From Squalus acanthias (taxonomy: Eukaryota): 64,000 nt of DNA. Both the position numbers and the translations under genes were made by a program. Below the pieces are notes generated by a model. It was not told the origin of the DNA. It searched no databases and saw only the letters and a program-made list of their open reading frames with translations. The stretch covers positions 28,336,001 to 28,400,000 of the forward strand of contig CM059432.1 of the NCBI GenBank assembly GCA_030390025.1, given 5' to 3'. Shown here piece after piece: positions 12,233 through 24,606 of this stretch. The first letter of the stretch is position 1. Every line of letters begins with the position of its first letter.

Positions 12233-13124
12233 GGGGGAAAAATTCAGTTGGTTGCGCCTCCCGTTAGCGCCTTAAGAGGGCGCTAATGGAGTGCAAAGCA
12301 ACTAGCGCCCGGGCGCGGCGATGTTTGCGCCACTCACAAAATTAACCAGACATTTTGCGGCGGCGCTAAACAGTACCGCCACGATCTCCTGCGCCGGCAG
12401 ATCGTGACGTCAGTCGAGTGCGCAACGCCCCGGTAGCGCCCCTGAGCGGATATTGAGTGGCGCCCCCTGCCTTACCACCTGCTGCTAGCAACGACAGGTT
12501 GAGGGGAGCGTTTTGCAGTCTGGAAGGGACTGGGGGAGCGTTATTTAAAGGCGACCGCTTCCTGCCATTTTTTGTTGGCGACATTTTTGAACCACGCATT
12601 CTGAGAGAGAGAGAGAGACTTCTGGAGAGATTCAACGCTGTGTGAAGGAGTTTTGGGTACTGAGCAGCACTTTGCAGGTTCATTTTGATTTGCCCTTTCT
12701 TGTATCGATTTAGAAGAGACTGTGGGGGCTGCACTCTGAGCTCTTTCCCTGGGTACTCTCCATTGTTCTTTCCAGCAGATTTGATGTACAGGTCTCTCCA
12801 GGCTGAGATTCAAGGCTGCAATGAGCAGGATGTGGATGGAAAGCAAGATCAACCCTCCCCTTTAAGAACTGGCCGGGGCCATTGTGTCTGTGTTCCATTG
12901 CTGACTGACAGCACATGAGCTTCGCCAGCGCTCTGAGTTAGCGCCTCGCTCCTCAGCCTTTGCGCCTTATGACAGGTGTGAAGCGCCTGATTTAGCGCTC
13001 CAATCACCTCCAGGGGCGATAAAAGTCACGTTTGCAGTCGGTGGCGATAATTAGCGCCAGGCGCTAATCTTTGCGCCCGGCCGATAATTGCGCCCCAAAC
13101 GGGGCGATACTGAATTTTTCCCCC
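12233..13124. mobile_element. MITE-like non-autonomous DNA transposon
   Basis: Perfect 16-bp TIR GGGGGAAAAATTCAGT/ACTGAATTTTTCCCCC, flanked by AAG duplication. Confidence 0.85.
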
Positions 13125-14304
13125 AAGATGTTTTAAAATTGGTCTAACCCAGGAGGGCTCAAGCTTATTCTATTTGTGGGTCATTTAGGTCCATATCATT
13201 GAGACCACATGCCTCATACAAAATTGAAATGAATTTTCTCATTAATTTGTCTATATCTCAAGCTGCCAGTACTAACAGAATCTTGGTGTTCAGGTTTAGG
13301 ATTTGTTCACCAATGTGGGTGAGGAACCAGGTTACCAAAATTCAAAAAGGAGAAACCAGCAGAGTAAAAAATATAAGCACAAAGAGAGACAAAGCTGTTG
13401 GAGAGTCAGATGCCGGGTAGCTAGATTTGCAGGCCTGATATGGTACCATGGACTGCAGTTTGGACATGCCAAGCCTATATGTCAGATATCTTAAATGGTC
13501 CATATTTCTCTTTTTGTAGTGTATTTATCAGATGATCTCAGCTAGGCCACTATGGGTTACTACAATTGGCCTCAGCTCCTCGGCCAGGGGTCCCCACGCC
13601 AGATTGCTGCCCAGCAACTTCTCTGGAAGTCTGTGGATGTTGGACAAAGGCAGAATCTTGCTCTGCTGAGATGCCCCTAGCAGTTGAATAACCTGCTGAC
13701 ACTCATTGTCAAGAATTATATCAGAATAATGACACTTGGGTGAAATAACAGAGGACCTATTGAGCTGTACCCAAGCAAGGCCTCAACACGTTCAGGAGGA
13801 AGGGGAGAAAATTGGCAGGAAAAAGGGAAGGAAAAACAAAGTTCCTGTGGAAACTGTTCACTCCATTAAAGAAAATGGCCACTGAATAAAGTAACTAAGG
13901 TCGTACATAATAAAATCACTTGTATTTATATTCTGTCTTATCACATCAATACATCTCAAAATGTTTCACATTCAATAAATCAGTTTTTCAAGCTCAGTTA
14001 CTGTTATGTTGGAATATGTGGCCATTCTGAGCCAGCAACATTCCACAAACAGCAATGAAATGATTCATCAGTCAATCTTCTTTTGGTGGTGTTAGCTTCG
14101 GGTAAAATATCGCCCTGGAAACCAGGAGACCTCCCTGCCACAGCACCTCATGGGAACCAGAGGATGGTTTAAGACCTCACTCCGAGGAAGGACCTAAAGG
14201 TGACTGAGAGAGCATTGCCAGTCGGGCAGCGCTTCTGTTGATTTCTACAACACCCACCCATCCCGCAAAGCCAATTGTATGCTCCAGTAGTAAATTGAAA
14301 ATTA

Positions 14305-14720
14305 GGTGTCAGCCGTGGCTAAGTGGTAGCACTCTCGCCTCTGAGTCAGAAGCTTGTGGGTTCAAGTCCCACTCCAGAGACCTGAGCACATAATTGAGGC
14401 TGACACTTCAATGAATTACTTTCAGATGAAACGTTAAACTGAGGCCCCATCTGCCCTCTCAGGTGGATGTAAAAGATCTCATGGCAGTATTTGAAAAAGA
14501 GCAGGAGCGACCTCCCTGGTGTCCTGGCCAATATTTATCCCTCAACCAACACCTGAACAATAGATAACATGATCGTTTATTTCATTACTGTTGATGGGAG
14601 CTTGCTGTGTGCAAATTGGCTGCCACGTTTCCTAAATTACAATAGTGACTACATTTCAAAGGTACTTCATTGGCTGTAAATCGCCTTGGGATGTACTGAG
14701 GTCATGAGAGGCGCGATGTG
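14305..14720 (+). mobile_element. tRNA-headed Deu-domain SINE (SacSINE1-like)
   Basis: Box A/B head (GTGGCTAAGTGG; GGTTCAAGTCCC), central AAAGATCYCATGGCA...GGTGTCCTGGCCAA; further copies at about 165-500, 20150-20600, 33615-34060, 43660-43860, 44275-44650, 52980-53405, 57970-58400. Confidence 0.75.
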
Positions 14721-15429
14721 CCTGCAATTGACCAAGGCACAAACAACACAAAATAGACGTGATTCCCCACACTAAGCTTCTGACCTCGATCAGGTCATGG
14801 TGGAGGGAGGCACCAAGTGGATGTTTGGTACATTAGCTTAGTGGGGGAGTGAAAGTCAGGGTTTGGTTTTATCCTGTGCCACTTTCTCAACCCTGCCATT
14901 GATAAGCTAAAGGGCAACATTGGCAGATGCCTGGGAGCAGGTCACGACCCTGTCATCTCCAATGAAGGTTCATCAAATTAATCAACATCATTAAAAGAAA
15001 ACAGATTTTCTGGTCATTATCACACTGCTGTTTGTGGGAGCTTGCTGTGCGCAAATTGGCTGCCACGTTTCCTACATTACAACAGTGACTACACTTCAAA
15101 AAGTACTCCATTGGTTGTAAAGCGCTTTGGGACGTCCGGTGGTCGTGAAAGTTGCTATAGAAATACAAGTCTTTCTTTCTTTCTATAAAGAGGGGAAAAT
15201 GGAGCTAAGAAAAATAAATTACCAAGACTTTTTTGAAAAGAGTGAACTGAGGCCTATATCTTAATATTCTCTGCCCTCCTCCGTTTGTATCACCTTCCCA
15301 TTTCTGACAATTGCAGAGAATTTTTCACAGGGACATTGCAGAAATCCAGAGTGAAGAATGTTGTGCCCTCCCAGCTGAGCTGAAGCATGTGTGCCAGCCA
15401 GGGAGGAATATGAGGAAAGAGAAAAAAAA

Positions 15430-16050
15430 TCAGGCCGTTATCTCAAGGGGATTGGAATACAAAGGGAATGAAGTTACACTTCAGTTGTACAGAGCCTTGG
15501 TCAAACCCCATCTGGAGTACTGCATTCACTTTTGGGGACCAGAAGGATATCTTGGCCTTGGAGGGGGTACAGCACAGATTCACCAGAATTATACCAGAGT
15601 TTAAAGGGTTTAATTATGAGGCCAGGTTGCATAAACTTGGCTTCTATTCCCTTGCGATTAGAAGGCTCAGGGATGATCTACTCGAGGCCTCTAAAATGAT
15701 GAATAGATTTGCTAAGATAGATGCAGATAAAATATTTCCAATGGTGGGGGAATCCAGAACAAGGAGGCACAATCTTAAAATTAGAGCTAGGCCGTTTAGG
15801 AGTGTAATCGGAAAACATTTTTTCACACAAAGGGTAGTGGAAATCTGGAACTCCCGTAAAAGACTGTGGATGCTGGGTCAATTGAAATTTTCAAGGCTGA
15901 GACTGATAGATTTTTGTTAGGTAAGGTTATCAGGGGACGTGAATCAAAGGCAGGTAAGTGGAGTTGATGTACCAGTCAGCCATGACCAAATTGAATGGCA
16001 GGTCAGGCACGAGGGGCTGAATGGGCTACTGTTCCTGCATATCTATGTTC
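15430..16050 (+). mobile_element. CR1 LINE 3' fragment (degenerate)
   Basis: ORFs 15311..15604 and 15468..15920 give frameshifted CR1 RT C-terminus. Confidence 0.85.
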
Positions 16051-16160
16051 CTCGGAAGTAAGATAAAGAAACATAGAATATTTTTTCTACAAGACAGTGT
16101 AAGGCTGATAGAATAACAATGAAATTAAGACAATTAAGACAACAAGGAAACGGAGACAAT

Positions 16161-17246
16161 GGGCTGGATTTTAATGGGGAAAACGGGTTGGGGGCGGGGG
16201 GGCTTCGAGGCGGGCGGGAAACCCGGGAGAACCCGACTTTAACGGCAGGGCCTGATTTGTACGCGAGGCCTGTTTCCCACCCGCAGCTAGCCAGATGGAA
16301 AGGCTGGTTGGCTCTGGGCGGGTAGGCCTGCGGCACTAGGCCGCACAGAGGAGGGAGGGAGGGATCGGGTGGGGGCTGGGGTCAGCCCCCGGAGGATTGG
16401 GGGGGGATAAGAGAATCGGGGCTGGAGGATCGGGGGGGGTGGGTGGGGGGGTGGAGGGAAGATTGTGGCTGATCACCGGAGGATCAGGGAGTGGATGGTA
16501 GATCGGGGCCGGACGATCGGGGTTGTGGGGGGGGGGGGGGGGTGGGGGTGTGGTGGTGCAGGGGGGGAAGATCGTGGCCGGCCACTGGAGGATCGGGGTG
16601 GGGCGGGGAAGGAAGATCAGGGCCAGAGGATCGGGGGCGGGGGGGGGGGGGGGGGGGCGTGGAGTGAAGATCGTGGCCAGCTACCAGAGGATCAGGGGAG
16701 GTGGGGGAAGGAAGATAGGAGCCGGAGGACTGTGGGAGGGGGGAGGGAAGATCGTGGCCAGCCACCAGAAGATCGGGGGGGGGGGGAAGAGAAGATCTGG
16801 GCCGGCCTCAGGATCAGCAACGGGTGGGGGGCAATCCGGAAAGGCGATTGGCGGCCTCGTGAGGGGATCTCTGATTGCAGGAAGTGGGTTCTGCAGGGAC
16901 CCTGGATCCAGGAGGTAGGTATAAAGGCACTTACCCCCTGGATGCAGTAGTCCTCACCTTGCTGTAACTGCTGGGTTTTACGGGGTGTGTAAAACCTGAC
17001 CAGCTACAGTTAAAAACGAAATAGAGGTCAAAGAAGAGGCTTCCAGCCTCATTATAATATTTAAATTGATGTCCCGTCTCATGGCAGCAGGTTGGCTGGC
17101 AGCCCCCATCTCGCCCCCAATCCCGCCTCCGTTAAAACTGGAAGTGGTCGGGTTGGAGGCAGGTTCAGGTCGGGATTTCGATATTTAACAATTTAACTAC
17201 CCCCACTTTCCTAACCCACCTGTGTTTTTAGGTTAAAATTCCCCCC
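16161..17246. mobile_element. MITE-like element with internal G-rich tandem array
   Basis: GGGCTGGATTTTAA ... TTAAAATTCCCCCC, AAT duplication. Confidence 0.75.
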
Positions 17247-18989
17247 AATTTGAGCGAGCAAAAGAGTAACAACGAAAGCAGACAGTATAAGAGTGTAGAG
17301 TAAGAAGAAAAGCAGACAATATGAAAGTGATAGAGTAATAAGGAAAGCAAGATCGTGAGAGAGTGATAGACTAACAAAGAAACTGAAGCAGTGAGAATAT
17401 AAGAGAGTAATAAGGAAACCGAGATAGTATAAGTGAAAAGAGTTAAAAGGAAATCAAAACAGTGTAAGAGAATGAGAGATTAACAAGGAAACCAGAAAAT
17501 GTGTGAGAGTGATAGAATAACAATAAAATTGAGACAATGGGCTGGATTTTGAATGACCCGTGGAGTCGGGTTTGGAGGCGGGGGGGGGCGGTTAAAGTTG
17601 CAGATTCGGGGGTCCCGACCCCATCCCGACTCCAACCCGCCTCCATGCCAGTTTCTCTGGTGGCGGGTACCCGACCTGTTCTGAGACCCGACTCCCCGAG
17701 GCGGGAAGGGATTAGTGACAATTAACTGCCTGTTAACAGGTAGTTAACAGGCAGTTTTTTGCATAATCCCTATTTTCAAAAGAAAACTGTGGGCTTCCCG
17801 GCAGGTGGCAACCACTCCAAGTTATCGGGGCGGGCCGTGGGTCTGCAGGGGTTGGAGGGGTCGATATGTCCGGTGGGCAGGTGAGTGATGGGTGCATGTG
17901 TGCAGAGGTAAGTGAGTAAGGTAAGTGCTAAGTGTTGGAAAAAGTTGGAACAGCTGCGGAATCCCTGACAAACAGTGTAAGTGGTGCTTACAATGTGTTT
18001 CTGGGATTTCTGCAGCTCTTCCGTTGAAGTTAACAATGGACAAGTGAGAGAACCTCTGCAGAAATTCACCCTAAAGTCTCAGACTGAAAAATTAAATTAG
18101 TCATATTCAAGGACTGAAAATAAATTGAACCAGTGGAATGAGTGATGAGAATGGAATTGTTATGATTGATGACTTGATTTAATGTGTAACTGGACAATCA
18201 CAGTATACTGTGAGATAAACCTGACCAGAAACAACACAAAAATGTATTTAAATGGTATATGTCACTTTTTATAGTGCAGATCAATTCACTGCAATTACTG
18301 TTGCGTTGGAAGGCAACAGCTGAGAATGGCCAGTGAAAAATTAACATTTACCAGTAGCTTTTCAAGTAGAAAAGAATCTCCACCAATCTGTTAGCTGATG
18401 TAATCAACATGTTTTTATTTTGGTTTGTTTTCCATGCTGTCAAGTAATCAGCTGGAGCAATGGCCTCAGGTTGACAGACGTGGTTCCCGAGCTGTGTGAA
18501 TCCCATGGCCATGCAGGAAAATTTAAAAAGTAGGGGGGAAACGCTCTTAAGCGCCTGTAAAGTAGCTCATAATGATTTCAATTAGGTCCCCCGGCACTGC
18601 AGGTTTGGTCGGCTCCGCGATGACAGACGCGCCTGGGGGAAAGGCACGTGGGAGCGAGCTTATAGCAGATTCCCGACCTGCTGTCAAAAAAACAACTTTC
18701 CTACCCGACTGGCCACCGATCGCGTCCGCTACCACCGCGGAAAATTCAGTCACTAGAGTAACAAGGAAACTGGGATAGTGATAGAGTAATAAGGAAATGG
18801 AGTAAGTTAGAGAATAGACTGAGAAAAAGATATTGGAGGCGAAATTCGTCTTTGCCAGTAGCACAAAATGCACGTAGTGAATCAGAAGCCAGTTTTACAT
18901 AGCGCCTGATTTTGTAAAACCGGGCACAGTGTAAAACGGGCTACTGATTTGATATGAGCATGTCTTGCGCCCCTATGGAGACTAGTGAT

Positions 18990-19245
18990 GTAGTGCAAGA
19001 GAAATGGGAAAGAGAATGAGAGAAAGTGGGAAGAATATATGGAAAGAAAGAGAGATAGAGAGGAAATGGAAGGGGTGACAGAAGAGGGAAGAGCAAACAA
19101 GAGGGAAAGTTAAGGGAGAGTAGGGAGAGTCGTGAACAGAAACGAGAAATGAGGCAAGACAGCGGGAGAGGGAGACATGACAAGAGAGAGAGATTGAGAG
19201 AGAAATTAAGAAGGGAGGGGAGAGAGAGGGAATGAACAAAAAAAT
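18990..19245 (+). repeat. Purine-rich low-complexity tract
   Basis: Almost entirely A/G on the plus strand, next to the exon 10 donor. Confidence 0.8.
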
Positions 19246-19278
19246 CTTGAAAGAATTTCTAACTGTAGCATTGCTTAC

Positions 19279-19872
19279 ATTGTGGAAATCGATTTATTTC
19301 AGCTTTTGTCCCTGGCAGCTCTTGTCCATTTTCATCAACGCACCAGCACCTCCGCAGCTCCAAGTTATCAAGTTGCACACTGAAATCAGAGTATGACCCA
19401 GGATAGTGCATCACGGTACCAAACAACAACTGCCAAAACACGTAGGGATTCAACAAGATATTGGTGCCCGGTTCAGGTGTGACAATTGATACAAAATCGT
19501 CAGCAGAAATAGAATGGAAGGTTGGGTATCCGGAGAACACTGAAAAGACATGCTGATGCTCCTTGTCATAGAGTTCCTTCACGAACATCTCAAAACTCTT
19601 GGAAGCACGAGATGACCTACGGTATCCAGTGACCTCATTCAAGATGGCAGTGACTGGCAGCTCCTGGCCTCCATTATTCTGAGAAATCCACTGTTGATAA
19701 AATTCAATGGCCTGTGGTGGTGGGCCATCACACTGGACTTGTCGCCATTCTCCAGTTTCTTTGCACTGAGGGATGTAGACTGCAGCCACCGAGAATGAGC
19801 TTGGGTCTGGCAGTAGCATCTCGATCGTCTTTATGAACCTCTCTGCTGCAGTCAATTGGCAAGCACTGGGGC
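19279..19872 (-). CDS. TG: Thyroglobulin exon 10
   Basis: 594 nt; YIPQC...WRQVQCDGPP...YPGSYSDFS...RRCWCVDENGQEL; AG/GTAAG. Confidence 0.97.
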
Positions 19873-21408
19873 CTAGAAAGGCAAAAGAATATTAGAATAT
19901 GTGACTTTTTACCTATTTGTAATGTCCAGTATAAGAATGTTCAGGCTTTACTTAACTAGGTAACTGGTAAGAACAGTTTTTTTTAATTCAATCTCAGGAT
20001 GTGAGCTTCACTGCCAAGGCTGGCATTTATTGAACATCCTTAGTTGCCCGTAGCTGAATGGCTTGCTAGGGCACTTTGGAGGGCAGTCAAGAGTCAACCA
20101 AGTTGGCGTGAGACTGAGTCACATATAGGCCAGTCCAGGTAAGGACAGCAAGAAATAAGACAGAACTTACATTTATATAGTGCCTTTCATGACCTCAGGA
20201 CGCCTCAAAGCACTTCACAGCCAATTAAGTACTTTTTGAAGTGTAGTTTCAGTTATAATGTGAAATGCACAGGAAAGGCCCGCGAACAGCAAGGAGATAA
20301 TGACCAGGCAATCTGTTTTAGTGATGTTGGTGGAGGGATAAATATTGTCCATGACACCGGGGAGAACTCCCATGCTCTTCTTCAAATAGTACCAAGGGAT
20401 CTTTTATGTCCACCTGAGAAGGCAGATGGGACCTCGGTTTAACGTCTCATCCAAAAGACGGCACTTTGACAGTGCAGCACTCCCTCAGCACTGCATGTGA
20501 GTGTCGGCCTAGATTATGTGCTCAAGTCTCTGGATTGAGACTTGACCCCACAACCTTATGACTCAGAGGCTAATTTTACCAACTGAGCCAAGGCTGACAC
20601 CTTAGAAGATTTCCTTTCCTAACAGCATTAGTGAACCCATTGGGTTTTTGCAACAAGCCAGCAGCTTTAATGTCTCTTTTATTGATACTTTTTTTTGGTT
20701 ACAGATTTTTTTTAAACTGAATTCAAATTCTCAAATTTCAATGGGATTTAAACTTGCATTCTCTGGATTATTAGTTGAGTAATATAAGCACCTTAGTTTA
20801 AGACCATCGTAAGATTAGAGTAACATGGAGTAAAAGAAATCAATGTCTGCAATTCAGCCTGTGTGTAGTTTCTTTAATAGTTTTATAAAAAGATATATAT
20901 GCACACATTATAGTGGTGTGGTAACTCTTTCTCAGTTGAAGACATGAATATCCCTGGAGCCTTTTTAACACCCTGTTAAAACTGGAAAAATATATGGGCT
21001 TAAGAGGGGAGACTCGAAGGTAGTCCAGTTGAAGCTGTTAAAGTTATAGAAAGTTATTATTGGATCTGCCCTTTCTGGCAGGACATCCAGATCATAATAC
21101 ACTATGTAAAAAAAAATTCTCCTCATCTCTCCCCTTGTTGTTTTAACAATTATCTTAAATCTGTGTCCTCTGGTTACCAACCCACCTGCCAGTGGAAACA
21201 GTTTCTCTTATTTACTCTATCAAAACCCCTCATAATTTTGAACACTTCTATTAAATTTCCCCTTAACCTCCCTGCTGTAAGGACAGCAATCCCAGCTTCT
21301 CTGGTCTCACCACATGAAGTGGATTGACAGAGCGGATCTAGGCAAATTTTTCACTGTGGTGAATGCCTTCAAGAGTTCACATAACAGGCGATGAAAACAA
21401 AAAGCCTA

Positions 21409-22242
21409 GGGGCGAATTTTCCCAGCCCTGGGGAGGCAGGTATGGAGGCAGGACTGCCGGGAAAATGGCAGAAACTGGGAGCGGGTGCCGAAGCCTCTCC
21501 CAACCCGCCTCCGTGCCATCTTCCTGGGAGGTGGGTCCCCGACTCACGCAGGGACCCGTCTCCTCGAGGCGGGAAGGGGATTACAGCCAATTAACTGCCT
21601 GTTAACAGATAGTTAACAGGCAGTTTTGAGGCTTATCCCCATTTTACCCCTGCAAGTGCGGGCTTCCCGACGTCGGGAAACCTCGCCAGGGTCAGCGAGA
21701 TGAGCAGTGGGTCTGCGGGGGTGAGAGGGATCGAAAAGTCCGCTGTGGAGGTGAGTGATGGGTGCAAGTGTGGAGAGGTAAGTATGAGAGGTGAGTGTAA
21801 AGTGTTAGAAAAAGTTTACTTATCTTTGCTTCTTCCTGCAGGCTTCAACCCTTGGGGATCCGAAGGTTCCTCATCTCAACGGCAGAGATGACAGAATGGC
21901 TGTTGCATTCTCAGATGCAGCAGCCATCTGATTTCTGCTGAGGAAATAGCCTTCAGTGCAAGGGCTCACCATAGAACAGAGATTGTCAGTGTTTGACAGC
22001 TTCTATAAGCTGTCAAACGCTGACAATTCATCTGTCAAAAAATTTGACAGATGAAACGTCATACGCTGACGTCCCCTGTCACCGGCTTTCCATTAATTGG
22101 TCTGCTAAGCCCGCAGGGCGGGCTTAACAAGGTCAATCAAGGGTAAATAGCGTGGGTTGGCCGGAAGTCATTGGGGGCGGAACTTAAACCCGACAACCAG
22201 CAGTCCCGCCCCCAACGCGTCCCCATTGATAAAATCCAGCCC
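21409..22242. mobile_element. MITE-like element; related copy at 17539-18071
   Basis: GGGGCGAATTTT ... AAAATCCAGCCC ends; shared CGAGGCGGGAAGGG..AATTAACTGCCTGTTAAC interior. Confidence 0.7.
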
Positions 22243-23484
22243 CTGGTGTAAGAAGGGACGTCAGGCACAAAGGGTTCAAAACTTATGGAATACTTAACAG
22301 TGGACACTCCATTATCTGCCTTCACGATTAGCTACCAAAATTTATGTGGGATGTGGCAGACATCACCTACTATATAGGTCAGCGCTCAGATCATTCTGAC
22401 ATCCAATGTACTATGAGTGGAAAACATTCCTTGTGAAATCACACTTTACAGCCATATGAGAACCCAAAATCTGTATTAAATTGGAGGTGAATCATAGGCT
22501 GTCATCATCAACAATGTTAGAGAAACCATTGTCAACATAGCCCACTAACATCAATCTTCAATCTGACAGAAATCAACCTCATAGCCCATGAAAGTTGAAG
22601 ATTAAATTAAAAAGGGTGATTCTATGCACTCAGCGGAAGACTGTGTTTGAGGTGAGCATGAATCAGAGAATCGAGGTTACAGTGTTGCAGTCCTATTTCC
22701 AGCCCGCACTGCCCACAATTGTGACTCTCCATGGAAGTATGGTGTCACATGAATCATTTCTTAAATTTATGGTTTTGCTGTAATCTTCCTCCCCGTACCT
22801 AGGGTACGTGGCTTTCACTGACCCACCATTTCTGTTATCCAATAAGCAGGTCCTTTCCATTTTGACAGATTGCAGAGGTTCCACTGTACTGGGGTAGATG
22901 TGCTCAAGAGGGAACTACATAAAGGGCAATGGGGAAAGAGCAGGGGAGTGGAACTAATTGGATAACTCTTTCAAAGAGCTGCCACAGGCACGATGGGCCG
23001 AATGGCCTCCTTCTGTGCTGTATGATTCTATATACGTATCTGGGAAAAGAAGGGATTGAGGGATATGGTGAGAAGGTGGAGTTGAAGCCCACCAGTAATG
23101 GACAGGATTCTTGGGTCAAATGGAGTGTTTCTGTTCCTGTTTCTAAATATTATTGGGGGTAATTTGTGTAGCAGATCGTAGGTCCGTTGTACAACCTGCC
23201 TGATTTTCATCCCATTGATTTCAGATTACCATCCAGGTGATGAAAGTGAAAATTACATCGCTATCAGACTGAAGCTGGTACAGAACTCACTCTGGAGAGA
23301 ACTCGGCAAATCAAACCCTTCGTCCTGATATCATACAGGAACTGACCACTCAAGGTGAATGTGAGATATTACTGGAAAGCTGCTTTGTTACACTTGAGTA
23401 TGTAGAATAAAGTATTCTCTACTTCTCTCATGTTGGGGACAAAAATTTCAATGTATAAAGTGCAATAAAAAATTCAGAACTTAC

Positions 23485-24606
23485 ACTGCATGTCTCCTCC
23501 AGCTGGTTTCCTTATTCCAGGTGTCTTCCTGCCCTGCAGGTCCACACAGAAGCAGTTCATCCCATCGCACTGCATGGGCTGAAAACCACCATCATCTCCA
23601 CATGAAGGAATGAACACGTCAGATCCCGCTGGCTGGCGTCCTTTCATGTCTATTGAACTCTTACGTTCTTGCTCACACTTGGTGGGACATTGTGGCCTTT
23701 GACCCCGGATTCTTGAGTTTGGAACCTCCATCCCTTGACCGTCCACACACCAGCAGTCTGAGCCTTGACACTGGACTTCTTCATACTGTCCACCTCCAGT
23801 GCACCTTGGAACAAAGAAGTTTGAGGTCTGGCGGTCACAGATACCGACTCTGGCACTTCTTAGAACTAGCTGGACTGTTTCAGCTAAGCTATCGTCATCT
23901 GTACCGAAAAAGGTGATGATTTCATGCAATGTTGTGAGGACTTTCCGACGCTCAAACAGTGATGCTATAAGTTTTACAATATTCTGATTCTCCTGTAAAT
24001 TTACTGCCCGTCCAAAGTTGTCCTCAATTGTCTGGTTCAAGTTGAAGATGTCCCTGGAGAATTCTGATGTTCCTTTGGAGAAGTAGGAGTCTTCGATGGG
24101 TGAAAACAATTTGGCAAGTTCTACAAAGTTCCCTCCACTGTACATTCCTGTTAAGCCAATCTGCTGGAAGAACTGACTGAAATTAAATGTCCCCCTGTTC
24201 CCCAGACCCCCGGTGAAATTGAATAGCCCCAAGCTTTTCAGAAATTTGCCTCCAAACAGATTTTCAACAAAGAATTTGGGGGATGCAGATAACTGAAGAG
24301 CAGCGAGAGCTAAATCCTTGGATAGGAACGTTCCTTCCACAAACTCACTAAGAATCACTTCTAGGTCGACCCGGCCAATGTTCAGGTCCACAACCTGGGG
24401 GATGGAAAGCAGCAATCCAGATTTTACAAACAGCTCCTTCAGATCTGGGCCGCAGTGGCTGAGAGACTCGATAATCTTTTCTAGTGCTGGGCTCTGAGAT
24501 GCAGGTACAGCAAAGAGATTGTTTTGACTGAAGTGACCAACAGGTCCATAGAAAAGCCGTGACAGCATGCGTTTTCTCTCCGACTCACAGTCTCTTTCAC
24601 CATTCC
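23485..24606 (-). CDS. TG: Thyroglobulin exon 9 (large exon: spacer region plus two type-1 repeats)
   Basis: 1122 nt; ORF 23474..24568 with GTFNFSQFFQQIGL, CWCVD and CFCVD motifs; ttccag|GGAAT acceptor, GTAAGT donor. Confidence 0.97.

Noticed and set aside
12366..12918. Duplicated 100-120 aa ORFs also seen at 36699-37251
   Set aside because: They are interiors of two MITE copies with no recognisable domain
14305..14380. tRNA gene (also at 26785 and 57970)
   Set aside because: Box A/B heads continue into SINE bodies without a proper cloverleaf
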